A program made the position numbers and the translations under genes. DNA of 64,000 nucleotides, from positions 1-64,000 of IMG/VR virus record IMGVR_UViG_3300024054_000362; one strand, given 5' to 3'. Under the pieces are notes generated by a model. It worked only from the letters and a program-made list of their open reading frames with translations. It ran no database searches and was not told where the DNA came from. Shown here piece after piece: positions 31,327 to 41,472 of the stretch. How positions within the stretch are numbered: position 1 is the first letter of the stretch; each line of letters begins with the position of its first letter.

Positions 31327-32293
31327 GCGAGCGAGCGTCCGCGCTCAGCTTCTGTTCGCGAGCGCACCAATTGTGAACCGAGTTGTGTCGGCTCACGGAG
31401 CGCTCACGCTGTGATGTCGACGACGATGTAGTTGCGCGTCGGTGATCGACGCGTTGCGAAAAGTGATCGCGTCAGCGATCCGCGTAGACTTTCCTGATGG
31501 CAGACGACCAAAACAAGCGACCGTTGATGTCTACGCGGCCGACCGTCCGCCTCGAACCTGGCGATTTGAAACCGTCATGGCCGGTCGTGCTCGCAATGCT
31601 CGAACAACTCAGCGCATGGGGAACGTTCGCGCTGCGCCTTGGAACGCTCGCGTTGATCCAAGAATGCGTTCGAGATCTCACATCGCGCGACGCCGACTAC
31701 GCAACCGTCGAACGCATGCGCGAACTTCGCGAGTAGATCAGTTGCGATCTCGCTGAGGTCGCCGTTGCATCGCGTGATCGTGAGCGGACCGTGTTCATCG
31801 GACCAACCACCGCAATCGAAGGTGGTCGAACATGTGTTCGGCGACCATCGCTTGCCAGTGACGAGCGGATGGTTGGGCCCGGTTGGATGGTAAATGACAA
31901 GCCGCGGTCGGTGCGCTAGGGACGCGCCGACGACCGCGACAACCGCCGCGACATACAGCACGAGGAACGTGCCACGTGGACGCGATCCATCACACAAACC
32001 TGGGCGGATCGCCATCAGCGACGGACTTGTCGCGTACAATCTCGAATGGCGGTGGAGGATCCTTCGGGACGTTCGCAGCTAAGAGATGACCAGCCGTCGC
32101 GTCGAGGAACCAGCGTCCATCGGTCTGACGAACAGGTCCGTCAAAGATGCCGATACAACGGACGAAATCGCGACCGCTGAGGTACACGACCAAGATCGTC
32201 TCACCGGCAGCGCGCCGACGTTCGACCTCGCACATCAGCTCGTAAGCAAACATCGTAGACCAACTTAACACGAGGGATGCTGAAGCACTACGC

Positions 32294-32824
32294 CTAGTCG
32301 TGGTCCAACTCGCCGGTCCAGTACAGGTAGTCGCGCCATGCGTCTGGGACCGAATCGCGACTGACGGTCACGACGAGCGTTGGAATCGCCGTCGGCTGCG
32401 TGGGCTGTTTGAGTAGCTTCATACCCGCCTCGGCCGGTGTCCGGTTCGCCTTCCGCCAGTTGCAGTCCTGGCAGCTCGTCACGATGTTGAGCCAATTCGT
32501 CTTGCCGCCACGTGACCTCGGAACGATGTGATCGTACGTCAGCTCGTTGATCGTTCGCTCGTCACCGCAGTACTGGCAGCGGTAGTTGTCGCGGCCGTAG
32601 ATGTTCACGCGCGAGAACTTGATCGGCTTCCTGTGTCGGCGGAACGCGCGAAGTAGTCGAACGACGGCGGGGATCTTGATGACGAGCGACGTCGTCTTGA
32701 TGTTGCGGTCGTATTCTTCAACGACCTCGACTTTGCCGAGGAAGAGCAACGTGATCGCGCGCTGCCAGCTGACGATCTCGACGGGCTCGTAACTCTGGCT
32801 GAGGACAAGCGTCCGCGTTTGCAT
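32294..32824 (-). CDS. HNH endonuclease (McrA-like)
   Basis: RDNYRCQYCG..TYDHIVPRSRGG..W.NIVTSC..CN..KANRTP. Confidence 0.9.
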   Translation of the reverse strand: MQTRTLVLSQSYEPVEIVSWQRAITLLFLGKVEVVEEYDRNIKTTSLVIKIPAVVRLLRAFRRHRKPIKFSRVNIYGRDNYRCQYCGDERTINELTYDHIVPRSRGGKTNWLNIVTSCQDCNWRKANRTPAEAGMKLLKQPTQPTAIPTLVVTVSRDSVPDAWRDYLYWTGELDHD

Positions 32825-33181
32825 ATGTCCTCCTTCGATTAGTGCACGCCTCGACGCCTGATCTGTTGGCCGAGGTGCGAGCGGCGACGCCGCCAACATT
32901 AACCTACCCTCTTCGTGGGGCGAACGGATTCCCCAGACCACGGAGCGGATGATCGCGCATCTCCTCGCGCATCTCCTGCTCCAACTTCGCACTGATTGCT
33001 TCCTGTGCCTTGCTCATTGCCGTCACCAGCGTGTTGATCGCCTGACGCACTTCTTCGTGTTGGAGCATACCCAGGCTGATCTTGATCTCAATGGGGTTCA
33101 TTGTGTCGAACATGCTGGTGACAATACCAGACGTCGTCGCACCAGATGCAAGCGCACTGCTCCTGCGCTACAGGCTGTTGA

Positions 33182-33256
33182 GGGTGTACGACGGGGATCG
33201 AACCCGCCTAAACCTGGTCCACAACCAGGCGCTTTCACCAGACGGCCACGTACACC
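33182..33256 (-). tRNA. tRNA-His(GTG)
   Basis: CCTGG-TTGTGGA-CCAGG anticodon arm and T-loop TTCGATC. Confidence 0.85.
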
Positions 33257-33359
33257 ATAAGCAACGCGTAGGATCTGGTTCATCAGACGCGGCAACTGAT
33301 CGACTGGCACGCAGTGGATGAGTTGATCGATCGTTACGTCGTCTGACTAATCTACGCGC

Positions 33360-33435
33360 TGGTACTGGACGTCGGGATCGAACCGACCACGAGCAGTGTG
33401 TAAAACTGCCATCACCGCCAGGTGAACTGTCCAGC
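33360..33435 (-). tRNA. tRNA-Val(TAC)
   Basis: GCAGT-TTTACAC-ACTGC arm and encoded CCA. Confidence 0.8.
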
Positions 33436-33558
33436 GTTAGGAAAGACGTCACGAGCTTGCTCGGCGCAGGTTCCCTGGGCTGGTATGTAGCCTGCGCGAT
33501 TCGTGCGTTTCGTCCCTCGATGTCTTCGCGTACGCGTTGAATCATCGAACGTCTTCCG

Positions 33559-33630
33559 TCGGGGTGGAGGGATTCGAACCCTCGATCTCTCGCTCCCGAA
33601 GCGAGCGCGATACCACTTCGCTACACCCCG
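33559..33630 (-). tRNA. tRNA-Pro(CGG)
   Basis: CGGGGTG acceptor and CTCGC-TTCGGGA-GCGAG arm. Confidence 0.9.
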
Positions 33631-33632
33631 AA

Positions 33633-33708
33633 GCGTGGTCTTCGGGACTTGCACCCGATTCTCTTTGGCTGCTTCTTCGCGTTCGCCGTCCGCGAAGCCA
33701 AGACCACG
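33633..33708 (-). ncRNA. Aberrant tRNA-like RNA (acceptor stem and T arm, no anticodon arm)
   Basis: CGTGGTC/GACCACG stem and TCGGG-TGCAAGT-CCCGA T arm, with an irregular hairpin between them. Confidence 0.5.
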
Positions 33709-33711
33709 TAG

Positions 33712-33785
33712 CGCCCCTGGAAGGACTTGCACCTCCGGCCCTCCGATCCGTAGTCGGATGCTCTAATCTGCTGAGCTACAGGGGC
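33712..33785 (-). tRNA. tRNA-Arg(ACG)
   Basis: TCCGA-CTACGGA-TCGGA arm. Confidence 0.9.
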
Positions 33786-33883
33786 ATGGTAACAGGATAA
33801 GCTCGATTCAGAAACTGCCGCGCCCTGTTGAACGCGACGTTTGAGTCTTCTCTCGTGAGCCGTTGTACGAACCCCGAGTGTTG

Positions 33884-33957
33884 TGCCGTCGGAGGGACTC
33901 GAACCCTCAACCTATCGGGTAAAAGCCGAATGCTGCTACCAGTTGAGCTACGACGGC
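33884..33957 (-). tRNA. tRNA-Lys(TTT)
   Basis: TCGG-CTTTTAC-CCGA arm and canonical D/T loops. Confidence 0.85.
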
Positions 33958-34313
33958 GCGAGGATGCGTGCCGTCGAGCGTTTGAGCTTCATGCGTAACT
34001 CCAAGTTCATCCGTAGAGGTGGTTGCAGATATCGGCCTGCACGCCGGGTGAAGGTGGAAGGAGTCGAACCTTCGTGTGCCCCTGAGGAGAACCCATCATT
34101 TCAGTTCCTCGTTTCGTTCGAGACGGATCGACACCGTGTGACCGTTCTTGGTTCGAAGCGTCACGTCGACGGTGTCGAGGTCGACGCTGAGACGCTTCGC
34201 GAGATCCGGAACAACGCCGAGCATTCCCAACACCGTCGCGTTCACCATGTCCGGTGAAGCTGTCGGCGGGGTCGTGTAGACGATCTTGAACCCGGAAGGG
34301 CCGAGCGCCGTCG

Positions 34314-36914
34314 TCACGAAACGCCGCTCGGCACGAGTGCGCTCGACGTTTGTGGGTCGGCAGGATCGTCCGGATCGGCCGGCTCGACCTCATTGATCAG
34401 GATGCTCACACACTCGTCACGGAACTCCTGCGGCGCAGCGGGCAGCATGAGATCGATGAAGTCCGCCCAACGCTCCTGTTGGAAGAGCACGAACGCCGGG
34501 ATGACGAGCTGGTTCGAGATGACGTGCTCGACGCCCTTTAGAATCGCGTCGATGGTCTTGTCGGGGGTGAGGCTGCCCTCGGCGACACCGCGACGCAGCC
34601 GATGGACGCTCTCCAGCGCCATGCCGAAGACTTCCTCTTCGGTGGGGCCGGTACGGGTTGGCGGCGCGGCGGGCTCGACGTACTCGATCATCCCCGACGG
34701 CTTGGCCTGCGCGGCCGGCTCGACGTACTCGATCATCTGGCCGGGTTGACGCTTGGGCTGTGGTTGTGGCTGCGAAGCCGCGCCGCCAAGACCGCCACCA
34801 GCGTTCTGGACGGGCTGCGCTTGCGCCTGTTGCGGCGGCTGCTGTGGCTGAGCCTGCGGGGCCTGCTGAGCCTGCTGTGGCTGTGCTGGTCGAGCATTCG
34901 CACTTGCTCCGTTCGCACTCGCGACTGGTGGCGGCGTCGCCCAGCGCTGCTGCTGTGCCTGCGCCTGCGTGTACATCTGCTGCGCACGGAGCTGCGCCTC
35001 CGCTTGGATCTTCGTCTGATCGCGCGCCGCCTCAGCTTGCTTGACCTTGGCCTCACTGATCACCGAGTCGCGCTTGACGGCGAGGAACCGTTCGGCGACC
35101 TCACCAGCGCGCGCCATGCCTTCCTGGATCAGGCGCACGGCCGGTGGCTCGCCGCCACCGCCACTCATCTCCATCACCGACTGCGCGGCGTTCTTGTACA
35201 GGTTGCCGATCTCGCCGATCGACTGGATCATGCCGCGCATCACGCCGTCGGCGCCTGTCGAGTTGTCCTTCATGATCGCTGCGAGCTGTGCCGGTGCGAC
35301 CATGAACGCAGCCATCTTGTCGGACTGCGCTTGCTGCATCCGCGCCATCTCGCGCATCTGCTCAGCGTTCATCCGCGACGTCTCCTTGAGCGCGTCGATC
35401 ATCGGATCGCTGGCGTTGCGCGCGTTCATCATCTGTTCGAAGCGACGCTCGGTCTCCGCACGCGCCTCACGCATCTCGCGCTGGATGTTCTCCTCACGGC
35501 GCTCACGATCGGCGCGCTCGCGCTCGCGCTCGCGCTCGTAGCGCTCCTGCTCCAGGCGACGCTGATCTTCCTGGCGCTGCCGATCGTGCTCGCGAGCCTG
35601 TCGCTCCTGCTCCTCACGCAGGCGACGGAACTCCTCTGTCTCTCCGCGGGGCTGCTCGCTCATACGCGCGAGCTGGTCGCGAAGTAGTTGGATCTGCGCC
35701 TCCGACTGTGCGCGCATTTGAGCGATCTGCTGATCGGCGTGTGCGCGCATCTGTGCGAGCTGCTGATCGGCGATCTGTCGTTCGAGCGCGGCCTTTTCCG
35801 CGGCAGCGCGCTCGCGTTCGCGTTGGATCTCGGCCTGCTGCGCCTCGCGCTGACGCTGTGCCTCTTCGCGCAGCCGGCGCGTCTCTTCGTCTTCGCCCTT
35901 GCCGCGAGCATCCGCGAGGCGTCGGATCTCCTCCTGCATCGCGGCGACCTGCTGTGCCTGTGCCGCCTGCTGCTGCTGCAGCTGCTGCTGCTGCTGCTGC
36001 TGGATCCGGTCGAGCTGCGCCTTGTACTCCATCTCCTTCTGCGTCAACTCGGCCTGACGCAGGCGCTGCTCCAGGTCGCGCTTTTCGGCAGCGGCCCGTT
36101 CGGCCTTCTCGTCGTCCTGATCGAACAGGCGTGCGCGGCGTGCGCGTCCTTCTTCGTCGTCGTAACCCCCATACCCACCGTAGCCGCCCCGAGGACCGCG
36201 CGAAAAACCGCTCGGTCCGAAGCTAGGCATCCCGAACGGGTTGCCGTAGCCCATCTGTGGGTAGCCCATCTGTGGGTAACCCCACGGACCATTCGGAAAC
36301 TGCGCCATCGGACCTGCTCCCATCGGCCATGCGGGTTGAGCCCACATCGGCGGTGCCTGCGAAGGCGTCAGCTGTTGTGCGGGCGGTGTTCCGACCGAAC
36401 CGTTCTGTTGTGGCTGCGGCATCACCGGCCCAGAAAACGGCGGGTTACCGTAGCCAAGCTGTGCACTCGAAGGCGGCCAGCCTGATTGCGGCTGAAGTCC
36501 GAGCGGCTGTACCACGGTCGGCACCGGTTGCGGACCCGCCGTCGGCATTCCTTGGGTCGCACCGATCAACGCGGCCTCGGCAGTGTTGGGCGGGATCTTC
36601 TCGGGGTACATCCGCGGGTCCCACACGCCCTGCCAAGTCATCTGATCGTTCTTGGCATCCGTCACCGTGAACTCGTAGTAGCCACCGCCTGCCCACTTCG
36701 TGAGCACGAAGTTCTCCAGCTGAAGAACCTCATCGCGCGTCCACCCCGCGCCCGGTGGGCTGTAGCCCTGCTGCTCGTTGCCCTTCGGCGGCAGCTCGAT
36801 CGGCTGGCGCACGTTGCCGCGAATCTTCTCGACGCGAATCGAGAGCGGCTCGTGCATGCCCTGGAGCTTGACGGGGTCGAAGCGCTGGTCCTTCTTTTCC
36901 TTCTGCGCGGCCAT
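34314..36914 (-). CDS. Large Gln/Glu/Arg-rich coiled-coil, low-complexity protein
   Basis: About 866 aa, with RBS GAGGGAG before MAAQKEKK. P/Q/G-rich and heptad-rich segments. Confidence 0.8.
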   Translation of the reverse strand: MAAQKEKKDQRFDPVKLQGMHEPLSIRVEKIRGNVRQPIELPPKGNEQQGYSPPGAGWTRDEVLQLENFVLTKWAGGGYYEFTVTDAKNDQMTWQGVWDPRMYPEKIPPNTAEAALIGATQGMPTAGPQPVPTVVQPLGLQPQSGWPPSSAQLGYGNPPFSGPVMPQPQQNGSVGTPPAQQLTPSQAPPMWAQPAWPMGAGPMAQFPNGPWGYPQMGYPQMGYGNPFGMPSFGPSGFSRGPRGGYGGYGGYDDEEGRARRARLFDQDDEKAERAAAEKRDLEQRLRQAELTQKEMEYKAQLDRIQQQQQQQLQQQQAAQAQQVAAMQEEIRRLADARGKGEDEETRRLREEAQRQREAQQAEIQRERERAAAEKAALERQIADQQLAQMRAHADQQIAQMRAQSEAQIQLLRDQLARMSEQPRGETEEFRRLREEQERQAREHDRQRQEDQRRLEQERYERERERERADRERREENIQREMREARAETERRFEQMMNARNASDPMIDALKETSRMNAEQMREMARMQQAQSDKMAAFMVAPAQLAAIMKDNSTGADGVMRGMIQSIGEIGNLYKNAAQSVMEMSGGGGEPPAVRLIQEGMARAGEVAERFLAVKRDSVISEAKVKQAEAARDQTKIQAEAQLRAQQMYTQAQAQQQRWATPPPVASANGASANARPAQPQQAQQAPQAQPQQPPQQAQAQPVQNAGGGLGGAASQPQPQPKRQPGQMIEYVEPAAQAKPSGMIEYVEPAAPPTRTGPTEEEVFGMALESVHRLRRGVAEGSLTPDKTIDAILKGVEHVISNQLVIPAFVLFQQERWADFIDLMLPAAPQEFRDECVSILINEVEPADPDDPADPQTSSALVPSGVS

Positions 36915-37071
36915 GGAGTCTCCCTCGACGGTGGTGATCGCTGCTGCGATCGCCAATCGATCGCTGATGCGACTGCTCCGGGCCACTCTAAGGGTGCAAT
37001 ACCGCGTTGTCAACGCGGGTTCGATCGCATCCGCGATTGACCTTCCAACAAGCAGTGTGTACGACCACGAG

Positions 37072-37521
37072 ATGGGGATGATCATCACCGCGCCGGAGCG
37101 AACGTTCACCCGTGCTCGTCGGTGCGCCAACTGCACGCACTTCGAGACCGGCGAGCCTTCTCACAAGCTGTGGAACATCCATCGGAAGGCTCGGATCGAC
37201 GACTACATGCGTACGGCGCCTGTCGCGCGTCTCGCCGACATGGAGAACCCCAGGTGGAGTCCGGCCGAGATGCAGGACGCACGGCTGCAACAGCTCCACC
37301 AGATGGATCAGCTAATCGCACACGGTGGTGCGGGTGTTTGTCGCAAGGGCAAGCGGGACAAAGCTGACGGCGGTCCGTCTACCGACTTCATCCACGCCGA
37401 CTTCCTGTGCGATCGCTGGACAGGTATCGATGGCGTCTCAACCATCACCGAAGGCCATGACGACAAGCTCGGAGAGGAGCTTCACGAGATCGCCGACGAT
37501 CGCGCGGTGAAAAAGGGCTAG
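37072..37521 (+). CDS. Cys-containing hypothetical protein
   Basis: RRCANCTHF..VCRK..FLCDRW. Confidence 0.6.
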   Translation: MGMIITAPERTFTRARRCANCTHFETGEPSHKLWNIHRKARIDDYMRTAPVARLADMENPRWSPAEMQDARLQQLHQMDQLIAHGGAGVCRKGKRDKADGGPSTDFIHADFLCDRWTGIDGVSTITEGHDDKLGEELHEIADDRAVKKG

Positions 37522-37533
37522 GATCGGCTGCCC

Positions 37534-37899
37534 ATGGAAACGATCCTACTGTACGGGCTGATCACAACCGCGCTCTACTATTTGTTCGCGCGGGCAATGA
37601 TCACCAAACCGTTGTGGTCTCGCTACCCTAGCTGGCTCGACTACTACACGATGTGCGCAGCGTGTTCAGGGTTCCTCTACGGGTTGGTGGTCGCTCTTGC
37701 GATTGGGGTACCATTCGACCTGCAGTTCTTGGGGGTTGTCGGTCGAACCTGGTACACCCCTATTCTCGTTAGCCTCGGGTCGATGATCTGGACACCTATC
37801 CTTGCGGACTTGCACGTCAACGCCCTCCTACGGCTCGGTGTTGCGGACCCTAAAGTTGTCGCCCCTGAAGAGGAAGATCCGTATGCCGAAGCGCCGTGA
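37534..37899 (+). CDS. Membrane protein (DUF1360-like CxxC)
   Basis: Three hydrophobic segments and MCAACSGF. Confidence 0.55.
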   Translation: METILLYGLITTALYYLFARAMITKPLWSRYPSWLDYYTMCAACSGFLYGLVVALAIGVPFDLQFLGVVGRTWYTPILVSLGSMIWTPILADLHVNALLRLGVADPKVVAPEEEDPYAEAP

Positions 37900-38329
37900 C
37901 AACAACGCCCCCTTCTGGCAGCAAATGCGGCTAGCAGAGCGCAACATCATCGAGTACGCGCTCGAACACGGAAAGACCGTTCGCGGTACCGCAGCGCTCC
38001 TGGGGATCTCGTCGAACTACCTCAGCGAGGAAATGCGCGAACTCGGAATTCCGATCCCCGAGGTCAAACCTGGGCCCAAACCAGGCACGAAGCGACCGCC
38101 GCGCCCCAATCTGCGCGTCGTTTCTGATGACGACGACAAGAAGAACGAGGTCGCCAACGAGGAGGAGGAGGCGACCGACACGGTCCTCGAAGAGGAGACT
38201 GTATCGGAGGATGAAGAAGACTGGGACGACGTCGAAGAAGACGTCGAAGAAGACGACGAAGAAGACGAAGATGAAGACGGGGTCGAAGACAACGACAACG
38301 ACGAAGATGATGTCGCGAACAACAACTAA
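37883..38329 (+). CDS. Fis-like HTH protein with long acidic tail
   Basis: AERNIIEYALE..TVRGTAALLGISSNYL and a D/E-rich C-terminus. Confidence 0.75.
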   Translation: MPKRRDNNAPFWQQMRLAERNIIEYALEHGKTVRGTAALLGISSNYLSEEMRELGIPIPEVKPGPKPGTKRPPRPNLRVVSDDDDKKNEVANEEEEATDTVLEEETVSEDEEDWDDVEEDVEEDDEEDEDEDGVEDNDNDEDDVANNN

Positions 38330-38708
38330 GCGAACGGTCTACCGACGTCGGCGTCGAAAGACAAGCCGTCGTCCGACTGCCGGTCTTCTCGAACCGCGCC
38401 AGACGATCGTCCTCCCGATCGACCCGCCGCTCCGAGAGAACGAACAGCCGCTCGCGGTCACGCCGAACGCAGGTGACCTCCTCATGCGTGACGTGACGCT
38501 CACGCAGGTTGTGCTCGTGAACACGACCGATCGCGTGGTCGCGTACATGATGACGATCGTTCCGCGCGCGCTTGTGAAGCTCGCGCTCGTACCGTGGCGC
38601 CGCGTCGTTGCTGATCTCAGTCAGGCCGTCAAGAACAGTGGCATCCTCGATCGGTTCGCGTACTTGCTCAAACGGTGATCGCAGCAGCGATCGTGGTACG
38701 TTTCTGTG

Positions 38709-38978
38709 ATGGGAGCGATCACAGATCTTTGGAAGAGCGAGCGCGGTTTACTCGCCGTGCTCCTTGTCGTCGGCGCAACCGTCCTGACCGCCCTCGGACA
38801 CATGACCGTGGCGGAATGGCGCGACTACACGATGTGGATTTTTGGAATCTACGCGGGCGCCAAGACAGCAACCGGTGTCGCTGAGGTCGTGGTCGGGGCA
38901 AAGAAGCTCGAACCGATCGCAGCGTCGACCACGCCGATCCCGTCAACACCTGTCGAGCCGTCGAAGGCTTCAGCATGA
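38709..38978 (+). CDS. Holin-like membrane protein
   Basis: Two TM segments, two genes upstream of the endolysin. Confidence 0.55.
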   Translation: MGAITDLWKSERGLLAVLLVVGATVLTALGHMTVAEWRDYTMWIFGIYAGAKTATGVAEVVVGAKKLEPIAASTTPIPSTPVEPSKASA

Positions 38979-39229
38979 CCTGGAGCCGCTTCCGTGACGC
39001 GCTCAAGATGATCGAGGTCTCTGTCGACGGACTCGAAGTGATCCGAGACCTCACGCAGGTTCAGCCTGAACATCTTGGCGACGCCATGCGTGCGGTCGCC
39101 GCGACGGTCAACAGCCTGCACGACGGCTTCACCGGAAAGACCACCCCTGACGTCGTTCGCGAAGAGTTGCGTGCGATTCGCGAACGCTTCCCACGCACCG
39201 TCGACTCCAAGTTCGATCCCGGAGGTTAA
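38975..39229 (+). CDS. Hypothetical protein in lysis cassette
   Basis: Overlaps the holin-like gene and abuts the endolysin. Confidence 0.55.
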   Translation: MTWSRFRDALKMIEVSVDGLEVIRDLTQVQPEHLGDAMRAVAATVNSLHDGFTGKTTPDVVREELRAIRERFPRTVDSKFDPGG

Positions 39230-39231
39230 TC

Positions 39232-40104
39232 ATGGCTGCATCCATCGGTCCCGACTACGCATCCATCGACGGCAACGCCACACCGGACATCGCTGCCGGC
39301 AAGCGTGCTGGTGCACGCTTCATGATCCCGCGTGCAATCTACGGACGTCCGGCGGACGGACAGGCGCCCGTCTACGTCGATCCCGTTTGGAAGCGTGACA
39401 AGGATCGAATCGCCGTCAACGGCCTCAAGAAGACGGCGTACCTGTTCCTTTGCTTTCCGCGCAAAGGCCTCATCACGCCCGAACCAGAAGTCCAAGCCGA
39501 CGCCTTCGCAGACTACGTCCAACTCGTGGCGTACAAGGACTACGTTCCGATGCTCGATGTCGAGGAGAAGTCCGACATCCTCAACGACGAAGAGATGGTC
39601 GCGTGGACGCTACGTGCAGCTAAGCGCCTTCGCAAACGCTACGGCGTCTGGCCCGGCATCTACACCGCGTGGCACGACTGCCTCAACACAGGCGTTCCCG
39701 TCGGCGCGTTGATCAACTGCCCACTGTGGATCGCCAAGCCGTGGCCCGTCGCGATCAACCAACCCGTACACCTCGACGGCATGCCGGCGTACCCACCGAT
39801 CCTCATCAAGCCGTGGGGCAACCAGTGGTTTTTCTACCAGTACCAAGGTGACGCGACCGGCTGGCCCGGCTTCACCAGCACCGTCGACGCGAACCGGTTT
39901 CGCGTCTTCGGCCCTGGCGCCAAGGGCGACCACGTAAAGTGGGTGCAGCAGCGTTGTGGTGGTCTCGTCATCGACGGCGACTTCGGGCCCAAGACTACCG
40001 CCGCCGTCAAGACGCTGCAGGCGCAGTACGGTCTGACGCCCGACGCCTACGTCGGACCGGACACGTTCGCGCCGCTCGGCTGGTCGAATCCCGCGCCGGA
40101 GTGA
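39232..40104 (+). CDS. Endolysin: GH25 muramidase plus peptidoglycan-binding domain
   Basis: PMLDVEE, PGIYT, PLWIA, FYQY and VDAN, then C-terminal DGDFGPKT..LQ..GL.PD..VGP.T. Confidence 0.85.
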   Translation: MAASIGPDYASIDGNATPDIAAGKRAGARFMIPRAIYGRPADGQAPVYVDPVWKRDKDRIAVNGLKKTAYLFLCFPRKGLITPEPEVQADAFADYVQLVAYKDYVPMLDVEEKSDILNDEEMVAWTLRAAKRLRKRYGVWPGIYTAWHDCLNTGVPVGALINCPLWIAKPWPVAINQPVHLDGMPAYPPILIKPWGNQWFFYQYQGDATGWPGFTSTVDANRFRVFGPGAKGDHVKWVQQRCGGLVIDGDFGPKTTAAVKTLQAQYGLTPDAYVGPDTFAPLGWSNPAPE

Positions 40105-40827
40105 TCTTCTCGAAGCGGACACGGGTATCGACCGGTTCCAACGCCGTCGCACGCACCTGCGCTACCGCAGCCGAGCACACTGCAACGGATCAGTTCCTTC
40201 GCTTCGTTGACGTCTTCGTTGTCGTTGAGACCGTTCGCCTTGGCGAGCTGAATGAGCGCACACAGCGAACGCTGAAGGGTCAACAGGTCCGTGCTCTCAG
40301 CTTTGGTCGTGTTCTCGTCGTTGTACACGGTGAGGCCGTTGTTCTCAGCGATGACGATGAGAGTACGCACGAAGCGTCTCACCGTTTGTAGGTACTCACC
40401 GTCGTCCATGAGAACGACGCCACGATCGTACGTACAGATTCGTCCGAAGGTCATCAGCGGCCCGTCATTCGATGTAGTTTGCGCGTCGCGCGGTCCTGCA
40501 TGGCTTGGAGCCCGTCAGGTTGATGACCTCGCGGACAGCAAGCATCGCAGGCTTGACGAAACATCAGGTCGTCGAGGTCCCACGCAGGCTGCCGCGCTTC
40601 GCAACCATCCACGTGACCCGTCCCGTCGCAGTCTTCACAGTCTGGATCGGTCAGGTCGACGACCTCTAGCTTGTTTTTCTCGTCGGGATCGGCCATAGAG
40701 TCGACAGTCTAGCAAGTTGCTCTTGACTTGTCGCGAACAGAACGATAGAACGACGGTTGCCTGGGATCTGTCGGTGGTGTTGCTGCCAGACCCTTTCATC
40801 GAAGGCGCGAGGCCTTCGTGTCATGTC

Positions 40828-41472
40828 ATGGCGACAAACAAGAACGATAACCTCAGACCAGCCGAACGCTTCGCTCGCGCGGAACGCGCCAAGTCGGCAC
40901 GTACACAATCTCTTCGCGTCGTTTGTCCGGCCTGTCACGTTGCGCCCTGGAAGCCGTGTCGCACCGTCGTCGGTCTCAAATTTCACAATGAGCGATCGAC
41001 AGTTCATTCTGCGCGAGTTTTTGCGCTTGGACATCGTCGCTATAAATCCAACCGCGGAAGCGAGCGTCTGCAGTGCTCCCGTTGCCGCCGTGTACGATCG
41101 GCGTCGTTATTTCGTTGGCAGAATCGGTCGAAAGGACGTCGGCATCCTCAGTGTCGTGATTGCGCCAAACACTCCAATGCGCGTGACCGGCAACGAAACC
41201 GCGCAAGCTATCGCGACGCCAAGAAGACCTCGCAACGCGAGTTGAGGGAGATCGTCAAGAAGGCCAAGGACGTCCCGTGTATCGATTGTGGCAAGACGTA
41301 TCCGCCGTACGTCATGGATTTCGATCATCGACGTGGCGTCAAGGTCGCCAAGGTTTCTGCACTCGTGTACGCCAATTCTGTTCGGCTACTTCTCGAAGAG
41401 ATCGAGAAGTGCGACGTCGTCTGCGCCAACTGTCACCGCGAGCGAACGTTTGGAAAGAAGGTTAAGCCGTGA
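40828..41472 (+). CDS. Phage HNH endonuclease-like protein
   Basis: PCIDCG..MDFDH..EEIEKCDVVCANCHRERT. Confidence 0.8.
   Translation: MATNKNDNLRPAERFARAERAKSARTQSLRVVCPACHVAPWKPCRTVVGLKFHNERSTVHSARVFALGHRRYKSNRGSERLQCSRCRRVRSASLFRWQNRSKGRRHPQCRDCAKHSNARDRQRNRASYRDAKKTSQRELREIVKKAKDVPCIDCGKTYPPYVMDFDHRRGVKVAKVSALVYANSVRLLLEEIEKCDVVCANCHRERTFGKKVKP

Noticed and set aside
34050-34110. tRNA on the minus strand (GAAGG-TTCGACT-CCTTC)
   Set aside because: Only a T arm. No convincing acceptor or anticodon stems.
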